From contig OX597835.1 in NCBI GenBank assembly GCA_951406725.2, forward strand, positions 42,594,001 to 42,658,000: a stretch of 64,000 nt of DNA, in the 5' to 3' direction. The notes below the pieces were generated by a model that ran no database searches, was not told the origin of the DNA, and was given only the letters and a program-made list of their open reading frames with translations. How positions within the stretch are numbered: position 1 is the first letter of the stretch; each line of letters opens with the position of its first letter. The DNA comes from Octopus vulgaris (lineage: Eukaryota). Made by a program: the position numbers and the translations under genes. Below, one piece after another: positions 26,665 through 39,595 of the stretch.

Positions 26665-27280
26665 CTATATTGCTCTCAGCTATGGTCACCAACCAGTGTT
26701 AAATTAATCACAGAACTTGAGGCAATCCAACGAAGCTACACGAAGAAGATAGCCTCTATGCAGCATATAAGCTATTGGGAACGACTCAAGAGATTAAGAC
26801 TCTATTCCTTAGAGCATAGGCAAGAAAGATATGCCATAATATACATCTGGAAGATCCTGGAAGAACTTGTCCCAAACTTTGGCATCGAGAGTTACACAAA
26901 TACTAGAACTGGGCACCACTGCATAGTGCCAAGGACTCCAAATTTGCCATCAAGATGTAGGACAAGATACTGTGATAGCCTGGGCTTCAGAGGTCCACAG
27001 CTCTTCAATATCCTCCCGAAGGACCTGAGAGACCTGCATGGGGTGGATGCAGATGTCTTTAAAATAAAACTGGATCTCTTCCTGTCAGGTGTCCCGGATG
27101 AACCAACTTCACGGCAGGAGGTGCAGATGTGGGCAGCTGCGTCGAACTCTCTCATGCACCAAATGGCAATTGCTAAAAAGCATTCGTGAAGTAAAATCAT
27201 GTAGCAACACTGAATGGCGGTGCCCCAGCATGGCCACAGCTCGTGAGCTGAAACTAGATAAAATCAAAATCAAAATCATA
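26665..27280 (+). mobile_element. 5'-truncated CR1/L2-group LINE 3' end (ORF2 C-terminus plus 3' tail)
   Basis: YCSQLWSP...ELEAIQRSYTKKI...LRLYSLEHRQERYAIIYIWKIL...GPQLFNILPKDLRD...FKIKLDLFLSGVPDEP, then ggcggtgccccagcatggccacagc...(aaaatc)n. Confidence 0.85.
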
Positions 27281-27577
27281 TACATACACACACACACACA
27301 AATTTCCAGAATTCAAGAGAATTAGGTATTTAAACAGTAAAGCACCAATGTCAGGTTGGTGATTGCATTATCATGTACGAACAATGTTTAACAACAAAAA
27401 CATAGTAAACATGGATTTGTACTCTAGTTGTGCATGCAATGACAAATGGCTGACTGTGTGTATATATATATATAAATAAATAAGTATAAGACCGTTAATT
27501 TAAATATCGATCTTATCAAGTGGCCAGCGTGGCGGTATCTCTTAGATACCTTAAATTATAATTATATATATATATAT

Positions 27578-27637
27578 ATATTGTTATATTTCGGAATGGT
27601 CATATTGCAATATGACCATTCCGAAATATAACAATAT
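27578..27637. repeat. Perfect 60-bp spacerless palindrome
   Basis: atattgttatatttcggaatggtcatattg|caatatgaccattccgaaatataacaatat. Confidence 0.95.
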
Positions 27638-27864
27638 CTGTTTCAACACACGACTTCACATAAAAAATCTTGCACAACAAATATTTAAACGTACTATATA
27701 TATATATATATATAGGGAGAGTTTAGGAAAAAAACAAAAGACGAAGACAGGTGGTGTACAAAACAAACAGATGTATTAGTATAATGCTCAGGAATAGAAA
27801 AAGTCTTTTACGTTTCGAGCCTACGCTCTTCTACAGAAAGGGACACAGAAAAACACAAGGAGAA

Positions 27865-27901
<37 letters not shown>

Positions 27902-27999
27902 GTAAAATGTATAGGGTGGTGAATATTTTTAGAAATTTCACCACCAGTGGCCTAGCATGTATAAAAAGTCAATAGACAACATATTCTCAATATAAAATA

Positions 28000-28176
28000 T
28001 GTACATTTAAACACAAGAGAAAACTACCCTTTAAAAGGTAATTTTTACACGCTACAAGAACCAGTCAAAATGACTTCGAAAATTGCTCTTAAATCTGGTT
28101 TTGGTTGTTTTGACTGCTTCTTCTAGCATGTAAAAATACCTGTTAAAGGTAGTTTTCTCTTGTGTTTAAATGTACA
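28000..28176. repeat. Foldback / MITE-like hairpin
   Basis: Arms tgtacatttaaacacaagagaaaactacc / ggtagttttctcttgtgtttaaatgtaca, with imperfect pairing continuing inward. Confidence 0.85.
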
Positions 28177-28177
28177 C

Positions 28178-28250
<73 letters not shown>

Positions 28251-29461
28251 TACACACACAAGCATGTGCATATGCCTTTGTGTTTGTATTTGTCCCCCAC
28301 AAGACTTCGTAACTGGTGTTGATTTCTTTAGAACCCTATAACTTAGGGGTTTGGCAGAAGATACCAATAGAATGAGTACCAGGGTTCGTTTTTCCTTTTT
28401 CTTTTCTATTTTTTGTTTACATTGTTTTGGACTTGACCTGATCAGAGAGATATCATAATGAAATGAGGGCTTCATGAGCAACCCCACTTTCTCTAAGAGT
28501 AAAATAGTCTGGAATTGTCCAAATTGTAGTTCATTCGGTGCTTGAAGCATCATTGGATTTCTTTTTCTTGTTTGAAGATTTCTTTAACTAAAACCCTTCC
28601 AGGTGACATCCCAGCTTGAATGAAGTTTAATGATTGAAATGAATAAAAGATAAAAAGATAGAAGCTAAGATATTGTATCAATGGTTAAACAATCGCTGTG
28701 GACGGATTGATTGATTGATACTCGCGACAAGAGTAACTTGGGATACTCCACATCCACAACAAATCAGAGAGGAGTATCAGCATTATCTTCTATCTTTATC
28801 TTTTACTTGTTTCAGTCATTGGACTGTGGCCATGCTGGGGCACCGCCTTATGTTGATAATATTCCTATAATATTCTTTTCATTTTTTATTTTCCCTCTCT
28901 CTTACTCTCCTTACCTCTCTTGCTCCCTTGCTCCATCCATCCCTTCTCTTTCTCTCCCTCCCTCCCTCTCTATCTTTCCTTCCCTACTTCCCTCCATCCA
29001 TCACTTCTCTCCCTCTCTCCATTCCTCACTTCTTTCTCTCTCTCACTCTCCACCTCTCCTGCTTTCTCTATCTCTCTCTCCCTCTTTTCCCACCTTCTCT
29101 ATCCCTTTCCCTTTCCACAGTCTACCTCTCACCACCCCTCAGCTCAGCCTCAGCTAACAACTCTCTCTCCCTCTCTCTCTCTCTATTCCTCACTTCTTTC
29201 TCTCTCTCACTCTCCACCTCTCCTGCTTTCTCTATCTCTCTCTCTCTCCCTCTTTTTCCACCTTCTCTATCCCTTTCCCTTTCTCTTTCCACAGTCTACC
29301 TCTCACCACCCCTCAGCTCAGCCTCAGCTAACAACTCTCTCTCTCTCCCTCTTTTTCCACCTTCTCTATCCTTTTCCCTTTCCACAGTCTACCTCTCACC
29401 ACCCCTCAGCTCAGCCTCAGCTAACAACTCTCTCTCTCTCCCTCTTCTCTCTCTTCTCCAG

Positions 29462-29629
29462 CTAACAGTAAATGTAATACAGGCTGCCGACCTACCTGGG
29501 ATGGATATGTCTGGGACGTCTGACCCATACGTCAAAGTCTATCTAATGCCCGACAAAAAGAAGAAATTTGAAACAAAAGTCCATCGGAAAACACTGAATC
29601 CAGTATTTAATGAATCCTTCACATTTAAG
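29462..29629 (+). CDS. Syt1: Synaptotagmin-1 exon: C2A (Ca2+ loop 1, SDPYVK, KKKK)
   Basis: Long CT tract plus ctccag acceptor, AAG|gtaagt donor; 168 nt. [56 protein letters not shown]. Confidence 0.97.
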
Positions 29630-29679
29630 GTAAGTCACATCCACTGACCGTCACGGTAATCGGTAACCATAGCAACTGC

Positions 29680-30091
29680 GGCGAGCTGGCAGAAATGTTA
29701 GCACGCCGGGCGAAATGCGTAGCCGTATTTCGTCTGCCGTTACGTTCTGAGTTCAAATTCCGCCAAGGTCAACTTTGCCTTTCGTCCTTTCGGGGTCGAT
29801 AAATTAAGTACCAGTTACGCACTGGGGTCGATGTAATCGACTTAATACCTATGTCTGTCCTTGTTTGTCCCATCTGTGTTTAGCCCCTTGTGGGTAGTAA
29901 AGAAATAGGTATTTCACCCGTCGCTACGTTCTGAGTTCAAATTCCGCCGAGGTCGACTTTGCCTTTCATCCTTTCGGGGTCGATAAATTAAGTACCAGTT
30001 ACGCACTGGGGTCGATGTAATCGACTTAATACCTATGTCTGTCCTTGTTTGTCCCCTCTGTGTTTAGCCCCTTGTGGGTAGTAAAGAAATA
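29680..30091 (+). mobile_element. SINE family A partial head-to-tail dimer
   Basis: Full unit followed by a 5'-truncated second unit; flanking direct repeat ggtaaccatagcaactgc. Confidence 0.85.
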
Positions 30092-31169
30092 GGTAACCAT
30101 AGCAACTGCAGTAACAACACTAACCATATCAGTCATAGTAGCCATAGTAACATCAGTTAGCATAGTAACCACTGTAACCATGGTAACTGCAGTAACCACG
30201 GTAACTATTGTAGCCGTAGTAACTACAGCCTGTAACATCATCATGGTCATCATCTTCATCATGGCCATCATCATTAATTTCATCATCATCATCATCCAAC
30301 CAATCGCAACCACTCAGGATTCACAGTGTGATCGACTCCTCCACCCTTCGATCATTCATTGCCACTTTGATGGCAATTCCTGAGTTGCATGCAGTCACAT
30401 CTAGGAAGGAGAATGCTCTTCCTGTCAGCCTCCGCAAGAGGAGAGATGAAATGATCCCTCTCTATCTGCTCGATAACAGAGACCATCCAATTCTAGATGT
30501 TTCTGGCCTAGACACACAGATACCAGCTTCAACTCCCATATATTTGTTGTGAAGGAGGTTGCTAACCTCATACAACAACAGCAGGATGTTACATCAGTGT
30601 GTAACATTAGTATGTAACATCGGTAGGTAACATCAGTGTGTAACAACAATATATAATAACATCAGTATGTAACAATATTTAACATCAGTTTGTAACAAAG
30701 CATATAACATCATGTAATTTGAGTTGTAATCTCATAGAGTAACCCTGCTCAGTAACCACAATATAGAAGCAGATGTAAAATGTGACCTCATGTAACAACC
30801 AGAGAATGTAACCCAGTTTCTAACCTCACACAGTAACAACACTTTGTGACTACAGACACTAGTCACAGTCTGTAAATCTTTATAATAATCACAGCTGGTA
30901 AGTCATACAATAGTCCCAGTCTCATGTAATAACCTTAGACCATGGTCACAGTATGTACCCTCATACGGTACCGACAGTCAACAATATCATTTTGTAACTA
31001 CAGTCTGTAGTCAAAGTCTGTCGCAACATTCAGTGACTACAATTAGCAAACACAGAATGTAACCTGATGCAGTAACCACAGTCTGTACCCTGATAATGTA
31101 ACCAGGGTATATAACCATGGTATGTAATATCATACAGTACAAACTCTCTGTAAATAATACAGTAATAAT

Positions 31170-31705
31170 ATAATATATATATAATGAAATTACTGTATAC
31201 AGTGCTCAGGTGCACTACAACTTATCAAAAGTGCATATAAAGCATATGCAGTAATGTACAAATGTCTGGAAAGTGAACAGTGTATGAGTCAGATACATGC
31301 TTGCATGTGTATGGAGGGGAGAAAATCAGGTGTAGTGTTGGCGAATCTCAGAAAGCATGGAAGTTTTGAAGGATCTAGTGCTCCAACAACTAACAACTGA
31401 TGCCGGCAGTTTGTTCCATGCTTCAGCAACTCTCAGCGTGAAAAAATGTTTCCTAAAGTCATGGGAGCTGTGCTGTTTTCTGACTTTGTAAATATGCCCA
31501 CGAGTGTTAGACGGGTGGAGTTTGAAAAGGTGCTCAGAGTTATTGTTTGTAAGATGGTTAATAATTTTATGGGTGTCTGCCAAGTCAGCTGCCAGACGTC
31601 GGAGTTTCAATGTATCCATGCCCAGGGAAGTAAGGCATTCAGAATATGGCAGATGCCTGATGGAGGGTATTCTCTTGGTTGCACGTCGCTGAACGGCTTC
31701 CAGTA
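31170..31705 (-). mobile_element. CR1-like LINE 3' fragment
   Basis: LLEAVQRRATKRIP...LKLRRLAADL...TRGH...RKHFFTLRVAEAWNKLPASVV is the typical CR1 ORF2 C-terminus. Confidence 0.88.
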
Positions 31706-31719
31706 ACCACATCTGTTGC

Positions 31720-32700
31720 CTTCATTTGGTGATGAGAGTCTGCAATAATATTCAAGTCACTAACTGCAGTTACTAGCCACATTCAGTAACCACTGTCTGT
31801 AACTTTATTCAGTGACTACTTTATATAATGGCAATCAGTGACCTCATTGTATAAACTCATTTGGTGATTTCATTCTGCAACCACATTGTACGAGTTCAGT
31901 CTCTAACTACAGTCACTAATTGTAGTCACTAACCACATTCATTAATCACAGTCCAAATCTCATTTGGTAACATTAGTCTGTAACTTCATTATGTAACAAT
32001 AGTTTGTAGCTTCATTTGGTGCCAATGGTCTGTAACGACATTCTGCTACAATACCCAGTGACACGGTCATTAACCACACTTTGTTTCCACATTCAATCAC
32101 CACAGTCTATAATTACATTGTGTAACCACAGATAATAATCACAGTTTGTAACCAAACTAGTCATTTGTCTTTAACCACATTCATTAACCATATTCCATAG
32201 CAACATTGAGTAACCATATTCTATAAAAATATTCAGCAAGCAGTTTATACCCGCAACCAAACCTTTATTCACTAACCACATTCTATAACCACTAGTAACT
32301 ACACTTTGTACCCATAATCAATAACCACTATCTGTAATCATTTCCAATAACCACAGCAGTCAATAACCTCTGTTTTTAACAACAGTTGATAATTACATTT
32401 GTAACAATATAAAGTAACCACTAGTAGTAACTACCATCGGTAATGACTGTCAGTGGAATTATTTGTAACAACAACAGCCACTGTTTGTAACTACAGTCTA
32501 TATTCATTAATTTGTAATTACAATTTGGTAATTGCATCTGTGACAACAGTGAGGAGAATGATTTGTAACAAGAGCAACCGTTTTTGTAACTAGTTTGTAA
32601 CTACAGTCTATAGTCACCAATTTGTAATCATGTTCCATAACTACAATCTACAATCAATAATCATCATCTGTGATTGTATTCTATAACTGCATTCTGTAAT
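31720..32700. repeat. Degenerate low-complexity repeat (gtaaccacagtc / taaccacattc-like; also 30580-31130)
   Basis: Many diverged gtaac/taaccac motifs. Confidence 0.6.
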
Positions 32701-33232
32701 CAAAGCCATCTTGTAAAATTCGTAGCAAGCACACCTTTATCTTTTACTAATTGCAATATTTGGCTTCAGAGGTAAGCTGGCAGAATTGTTACTGTAAGGA
32801 CCAAAATTCTTAGTGGCATTTTATCCATCTTTATGTTCTGAGTTCAGATTCGGTTAAGGTTGACTTTGCCTTTTCTCTTTTCGGGGTCGATAAAATAAGT
32901 ACCAGTTAAGCACTGGGGTCAAGATAATTGACTCACTCTCTCCCCTGAAATTGCTGGCTGTGTGCCAAAATTTGAAATTTATATTTGGCTTCAGTCTTTA
33001 ACCAGATTCTTTAAACCAGATCATCAGCATCTGTGATATTTACCTTGAACACAATATGTAGCCAGTCTGTGACTTTGAATGTAAGAAAATAAACCAAAAT
33101 ACTACATTTTGTCTGCTATTTTACCATTTCTGTAACTTCAACTGACCTCATTTACCACCACCACCACCACCACCCTTCTGTAAATAAATAATTACAGCTT
33201 CTAATTACCGTTTTTCTACACTTCTCTTGCAG

Positions 33233-33409
33233 AACGTACCTTATGCTGATATTACGGGTAAGACGCTAATATTTGCGATCTACGATTTTGATCGCTTTTC
33301 AAAGCATGACCAAATTGGTCAAGTCCAAGTTCCAATGAATTCTATAGATCTTGGATCAGTAATTGAAGAATGGAGGGATCTCACCAGTCCTGATAATGAT
33401 GCTGAGAAA
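33233..33409 (+). CDS. Syt1: Synaptotagmin-1 exon: C2A C-terminal half (YDFDRFSKHD loop 3)
   Basis: ctcttgcag acceptor, AAA|gtaagt donor; 177 nt. NVPYADITGKTLIFAIYDFDRFSKHDQIGQVQVPMNSIDLGSVIEEWRDLTSPDNDAEK. Confidence 0.97.
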
Positions 33410-33968
33410 GTAAGTTTTGGTTTTTCTTTTACTTCCACACATCATATTTTTATTTATCATTTGTATATTTAATTAGTGAATTAACAAATTATCTGTATTA
33501 ATAAGTCGTGTTAATAAAGTAAGTTCAGTGTGTGTGTATATTTGTGAGTGTACATGTTCATATGTAAGGGTGTGTGTGTGTGTGTGTGTGTGTGCATGTG
33601 TGTATGCAATGTTCATATATTTAGTGTATGTAGTAAGTGTATATGTCCATGAGCATAGTGCATGTGTGTTGGTGGGTGAGTGTGTATGTGTGTGTATCTG
33701 TGTGTGTGTGTTTGTGTATGTGTGTGCTCAATTGTGTTTTATCCTTTAGTCATGAGGGAGAGCTGTGCCCAAGACTCTTCACTTGCTCTCCCTTCTTTAA
33801 AAATGGCAATGTGGCATTTGACAGACATTCGGCCAAACAGTGAGTATAAAGTTAAAAAAAATATAACCAAAAACCAAAAAAAACAAAATTTTTTTAAATG
33901 ACCAAATCTACTTTAAGCTTTCAGTTGTGTTCAATAGATGACCTGTGGTCAAACTTTTTATTTTATAG

Positions 33969-34262
<294 letters not shown>

Positions 34263-34328
34263 TAATATGCTAGGCCACTGGTTTTAATTGATTAATATCA
34301 ATTTCTACCCTTATTCAATTTTATATAC

Positions 34329-34360
<32 letters not shown>

Positions 34361-34779
34361 GAATGCATTGTCCATTGACATAGATCCTGTGACAATTATC
34401 TTGTAACTGTGGATGACATTAGGGAGCCTAAACAGTGAAAGACATTTACCCAAGGTCCAAATAATTACTTACATAGATCGTTTAAGATAATATTACATGA
34501 AAATGGGGGATTTGAGGCTTTAATAGACGTTCACTACATTTGTTTCTGCACCACACACCAGCTGAGTTTATATTCATATGCTATTATACAAGATCAGTCT
34601 TTAGAATTACTATTATATAGTTAAATATTTTTCAGCAACAGCAGCTGTGTATGGGTGCTTCACTGGGTGGAATATACCCCACAGTAGGATAACATGTGAT
34701 AACCAAATAACAATCGTAAAAACTTTTAAATGAATGTTATAAGGATTTTACCCAAATAATACTATATATTTATATATAT

Positions 34780-35088
34780 CACTGATCACTGTGACCGACC
34801 AGGCTATCAGATGTTGCTACACATCACTGGTCACAATACGCTTTGCACTGTTTTAGCCTTCAAATGACGCCACCCCGCTGGCTAAGCGAGCAGGCCAACA
34901 GAAGAAAGTGTGAGAGAAAGTTGTGACAAAAGTGTACAGCAGGGATCGCCACCAACCCCCTGCCAGAGCTTCGTGGATCTTTAGGTGTTTTCGCTCAATA
35001 AACACTCACAACATCCGGTCTGGGAATCGAAACCACGATCCTACAACCATGAGTCCGCTGCCCTAACCGCTGGGACATTGCGCCTCCA
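34780..35088 (-). mobile_element. SINE family D (ggaggcgcaatggcccagtggttagggcagcgg head)
   Basis: Related copies at 40600-40970(+) and 47015-47306(-); tRNA-like head. Confidence 0.8.
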
Positions 35089-38000
35089 TATATATATATA
35101 TATAATGAAATGAGTTTATTAATTATGAAGAAGTTATTATTGGTTTGTAAACAGAAATTCTCTTGACAACTTTTTTACTGTGGTTTGTGAACAACTGTTG
35201 TTTCTTAACTCTACACTAAGCTAGTTAATGAAAACAAAACACTAAGCTTAATATTTTGTAGCATTTAGTTGTATCAAGCTAAGTTTTGAGATCAAATCCC
35301 TTGAAAGTACATTTGGCCTTTCTATGGTCAATAAACTATGGTCATTTACTTCAGTCAGCTTAGGATTTATCAGCCTCAGTTGGTACTTCACTGACTGTTG
35401 GCATTTGTTGATATCTCTGTTTGGCAGCTTTGGTTGGTACTTATCAGTCTTGGTTAATATTTTTGACTGACAAAGGCAGCAAGCTAGCAGAAATGTTAGC
35501 ATGCCGGACAAAATGCTTAGCAGCATTTCGTCTGTCTTTACGTTCTGAGTTCAAATTCCGCAGAGGTTGACTTTGCCTTTCATTCCTTGGGGGGGGGGCG
35601 ATATATTAAGTACCAGTTGCGTACTGGGGTCGATCTAATCGACTGCCCCCCCTCCCCCAAAAGTTTGGGCCTTCTGCCTAGAGCAGAATAGAATATTTTT
35701 GACTGACAACTTCAAAACGTCACTGATTATCAACCTTGACTGGTACTTCACCGACTGTCAGCCTTTGTTAATATCTCTGCCTGGTAACTATAATTGGTTC
35801 TTCCTCAGCCTTGGTTGATACCTGTGATTGACAGCCATGGTTTGGTACATCACTGAAGGGGAAAACAACTCTGATTTCTAAAGTTCTATTGTCTACAAGC
35901 TATTCTCACTTATGAAAAAGACTTTCGAAAGTAAAACATACAATAAAACCCAGAACAGGATCTCCGAAGTCAATCCACTATTACACAATTCTAGCAACTT
36001 CTTGTGGCAACACTTGTACCAAATTATATCTTACCTTGCTTGTATTACACTAGTGAATGTTGTTGTCTATCTCAGGTTCAGCTCTGATCAAATGAACTTA
36101 TAATGAATGTTCCAGATGTGACCATCCTGTCTTTTTGTATATATAATATTAAATTACCTTAAATGTCCTTCCTTCTTTAAAGAAAATAGTGAGTGATTTG
36201 AGGGGATTTAGTTTATATCTCTAGCAGGTTCAAAGACTTCTTAGAGGCTCCCTCATAAAAACTTAACTAGTGCTGTATTAAGAAGGTAGCACCTGATATC
36301 TGAACAGCGTTGTTATTGTTTGTTGTTTGTTCCTTTTCGAGTCATGCCTGGCTCTTAGGGGCCAGTTCCCCAGTTTCATTGGCGTATAGGTTCCCCACCT
36401 GGACAGGATGCCAGTCCATCACAGGAGAGCTGCTAGATGCAGGAGGAAAGAGTGAGAGAAAGTGGTGGTGAAAGAGTCAGCAGAAGTTTTCCATTACCTT
36501 CTGCTGGAGTCATGTGGTGTTTTGCTCATAAACACACACATCGCCTAGTCTGAGATTTGAACCCGCATCCCTCAACTGCAAATCCACTGCTCTAACCACT
36601 AGGCCATGTGCCTCCATCTGAACAGCATTAGGTTCTACAAAACAAATTCCAAAGATGGCAACACAAGAGTCCTCTAATACTCAAGAATGTTGTAGACCAG
36701 AATAATATATTGGCAGAAATTCTGTCAAATATTCCACCAATTTTTGCCAGAAGTCAACAGGAATCATTAATATAAGTAAATGACAAGGCTGTGACCTTGA
36801 CATTGAGGAGTTTGTTTGACAATCACATCGTTTGGGGTTCAATTCTACTACACAGTACTTTGAACAAAATATTTTCTCCCATACCCCTGAATGACCAAAA
36901 GTCTTACAAATGAAATTGAGTTGATGGAAACTAAGAGGAAGCCTATCGGATGTTCTGTTCCTGTTGAGTTGTGGTTCTACTTTCCTGATTTTCTTTCTGT
37001 TAGTCTCAAAGATTCTAACAAAGGTCCAGGATGCTTCCCTCCCATGCACCAATCTCAGGAGTCCTACAGGGACCATAGATGTTGCCCATCTTCATAACAG
37101 TCTTGAAGGCTCTGCATAAAGGCTTTTTTGCTTCTACCTGATGTCAGAGGAATGAGAAAATGGTTATGAAAGTTGGCCTTCCATCCACCTGTCTCAGAGC
37201 CCCTGAAATAGTTCATCTTCTGACTCTTTCTCTTCATGTGCTTTGCCTACAGGAATTGGCAGTTGTGACCCTCCACGTTGGAGTCCAGAGATTCAGCAGT
37301 AGTTTCCTGTTGTCATCTACCTATCTATTCACAGTATCTGCAAAGGTGCCTGGCTTAGGAGTTAGGATATTTGGCTCGTGACTGTGAGGTCATCAGTTCA
37401 ATTCTTGACAGCACATTGTGACCTTGAGCAAGACACTTTACTTCATGTTGCTCCAGTCTACTCAGCTTGCAAAAATGAGTAGTACCTGTATTTCAAAGGG
37501 GCCACATTCTGTGTCATGTTGAATCTCCCTGAGAACTACATTAAAGGTACACGTGTCTGTGGAATACTCAACCACTTGCACATTAATTTCAAGAGCAGGC
37601 TCTTCGGTTGATTAGGTCAACTGGAACCCTCGTCGTTGTAACTGATGGAGTGCCAGTTATTTACGGTTTATTTTTCTAGTCCCTTGCTCTCCTTAACTTA
37701 TCCTTGAGACCCAGGACTTTTATAACTCTTAGGCAGTAGGACTGGTTCACATGACATGAAAGCATATCCCTACACAGCTGGACCTATGTAACTCATGTCT
37801 AGGGGGCCATCCCCACACCCTCTGAGTCCTGTACAACTCAAACAGTAATTGGAACCTTTGACAAGCATCACCACTCTGGGCCAGAACAGACCTGTGAGGA
37901 GTACTGACCAAGGTGTAACTTCATACTCCCGCCCCCCAAAAAACCCCCCAAAACCCCTCACCATTGGATGCAATTTAATGCCTTCCCCAGGACATCCTCT

Positions 38001-39560
38001 CATTCACACAAAGAATAAAAAAGGAAGAAAAAAATCTGAGTCCATTATACAGCAATATTTCCCAGAAGAAACTTTTGTCTTGGAGAAGAAATGTGAACAT
38101 CATTGAATTTCATCGATCTTTCCTCATAATTATGAAATGGACCAATGTGTAAGGAATCAATACGATGCAGCACATATTGTACAAATGGTAAAGTGCCACA
38201 CATAGTTTTATGATGACTGGTTTGATTGTCTTTTATTGCAGTGTTCAAATCTTGCCTGTCACCCACCCCATCCCTGGATTAATAAAATATGTTAAAATTT
38301 ATTCAAATCTGCAAGATGAATATTGGTGTTGTTTAACCCTAGGTAAGGATCGAATAAGTAGAAATATGATCAAAAGCATTCCAGCCTTGACCCTCTCAGC
38401 TTTTTCCAGAATGTAAGGGATCACAGGACCACATTATCTAACACAGGCACAGGAGTGGCTGTGTGGTAAGAAGCTTACTTCCCAACCACAAGGTTCTGGG
38501 TTCAGTCCCACTGCATGGCACCTTGGGCAAGTGTCTTCTTTTATAGCCCCAAGCCAACCAAAGCCTTGTGAGTGGATTTGGTAGACGGAAACTGAAAGAA
38601 GCCTGTCGTATGTATACGTGTCTATCTATGTGTCTGTGTGTCATTGTGTTTGTCTCTCACCACTGCTTGACAGCCAGTGCTGGTCTGTTTACATCCCCGT
38701 AACTTAGCGGTTCAGCAAAAGAGACTGATACAATAAGTACCAAGTTTAAGGGATTGATACATTTAACTTGAAAATCCTTCAAGGTGGTGCCCCAGCATGG
38801 CCGCAGTCCAATAACTGAAACAAGTAAAAGATAAAAGATAATATTTTTTTGAAGTGGCTGAGTGTAATCTGAGCGAAGTTTGGCTTTTATTTCTTGCAAG
38901 GCACAGAACCACATTGAAACTTGCTCACTGGTTTCAAAAGAATGTTGCATTGTGCCAAGGTAATAAGGAATCAATAGCCAGTTGCACAATAACCGTTTCT
39001 CTGATTCTGTTTGGTTGGACCAACAGAATAATGTTATTTGACAACAGTTCCTGTCTTTTATTGATTACAGTTCTAATTTTAGAAGCTCTGTCTGTAACCA
39101 TATTCTTGCAAGAATAGATTTAACATATCTTTCCTTTATTTTTATTTTGCTTGTTTCAATCATTGGCCTGTGACCATTCTGGGGCCTCACCTTGAAGGGT
39201 TTAGTCGAACAAATTGACATTAGTATTTCTTTGTTTCTTCTACATCTGGTACTTAGTCTATCAATCTCTTTTGGGGAACTGTTAAGTTACTAGGCTGTAA
39301 ACAGGCCAAAACCAGTTGTCTATTCGTGGTGGTTGTCAAACAATAGCACAAACACACACACAAAAGCACACACACACACACATATATATATATACGTGCA
39401 GGCATGGCTGTGTGGTAAGAAGCTTGCTTCCCAACCACATGGTTCCAGGTTCAGTCTTACTGCGTGGTACCTTGGGCAAGTGTCTTCTCTATAGCCTCAA
39501 AGTGACCAAAGCCTTGTGAATGGATCTGGTAGACAGAAACTGAAAGAAGCCCATTGTGTG

Positions 39561-39595
<35 letters not shown>

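Noticed and set aside
28711-29461. Ser/Leu/Pro-rich ORFs running into the C2A exon
   Set aside because: Stop-free CT-rich intron sequence; the exon starts at the ctccag acceptor.
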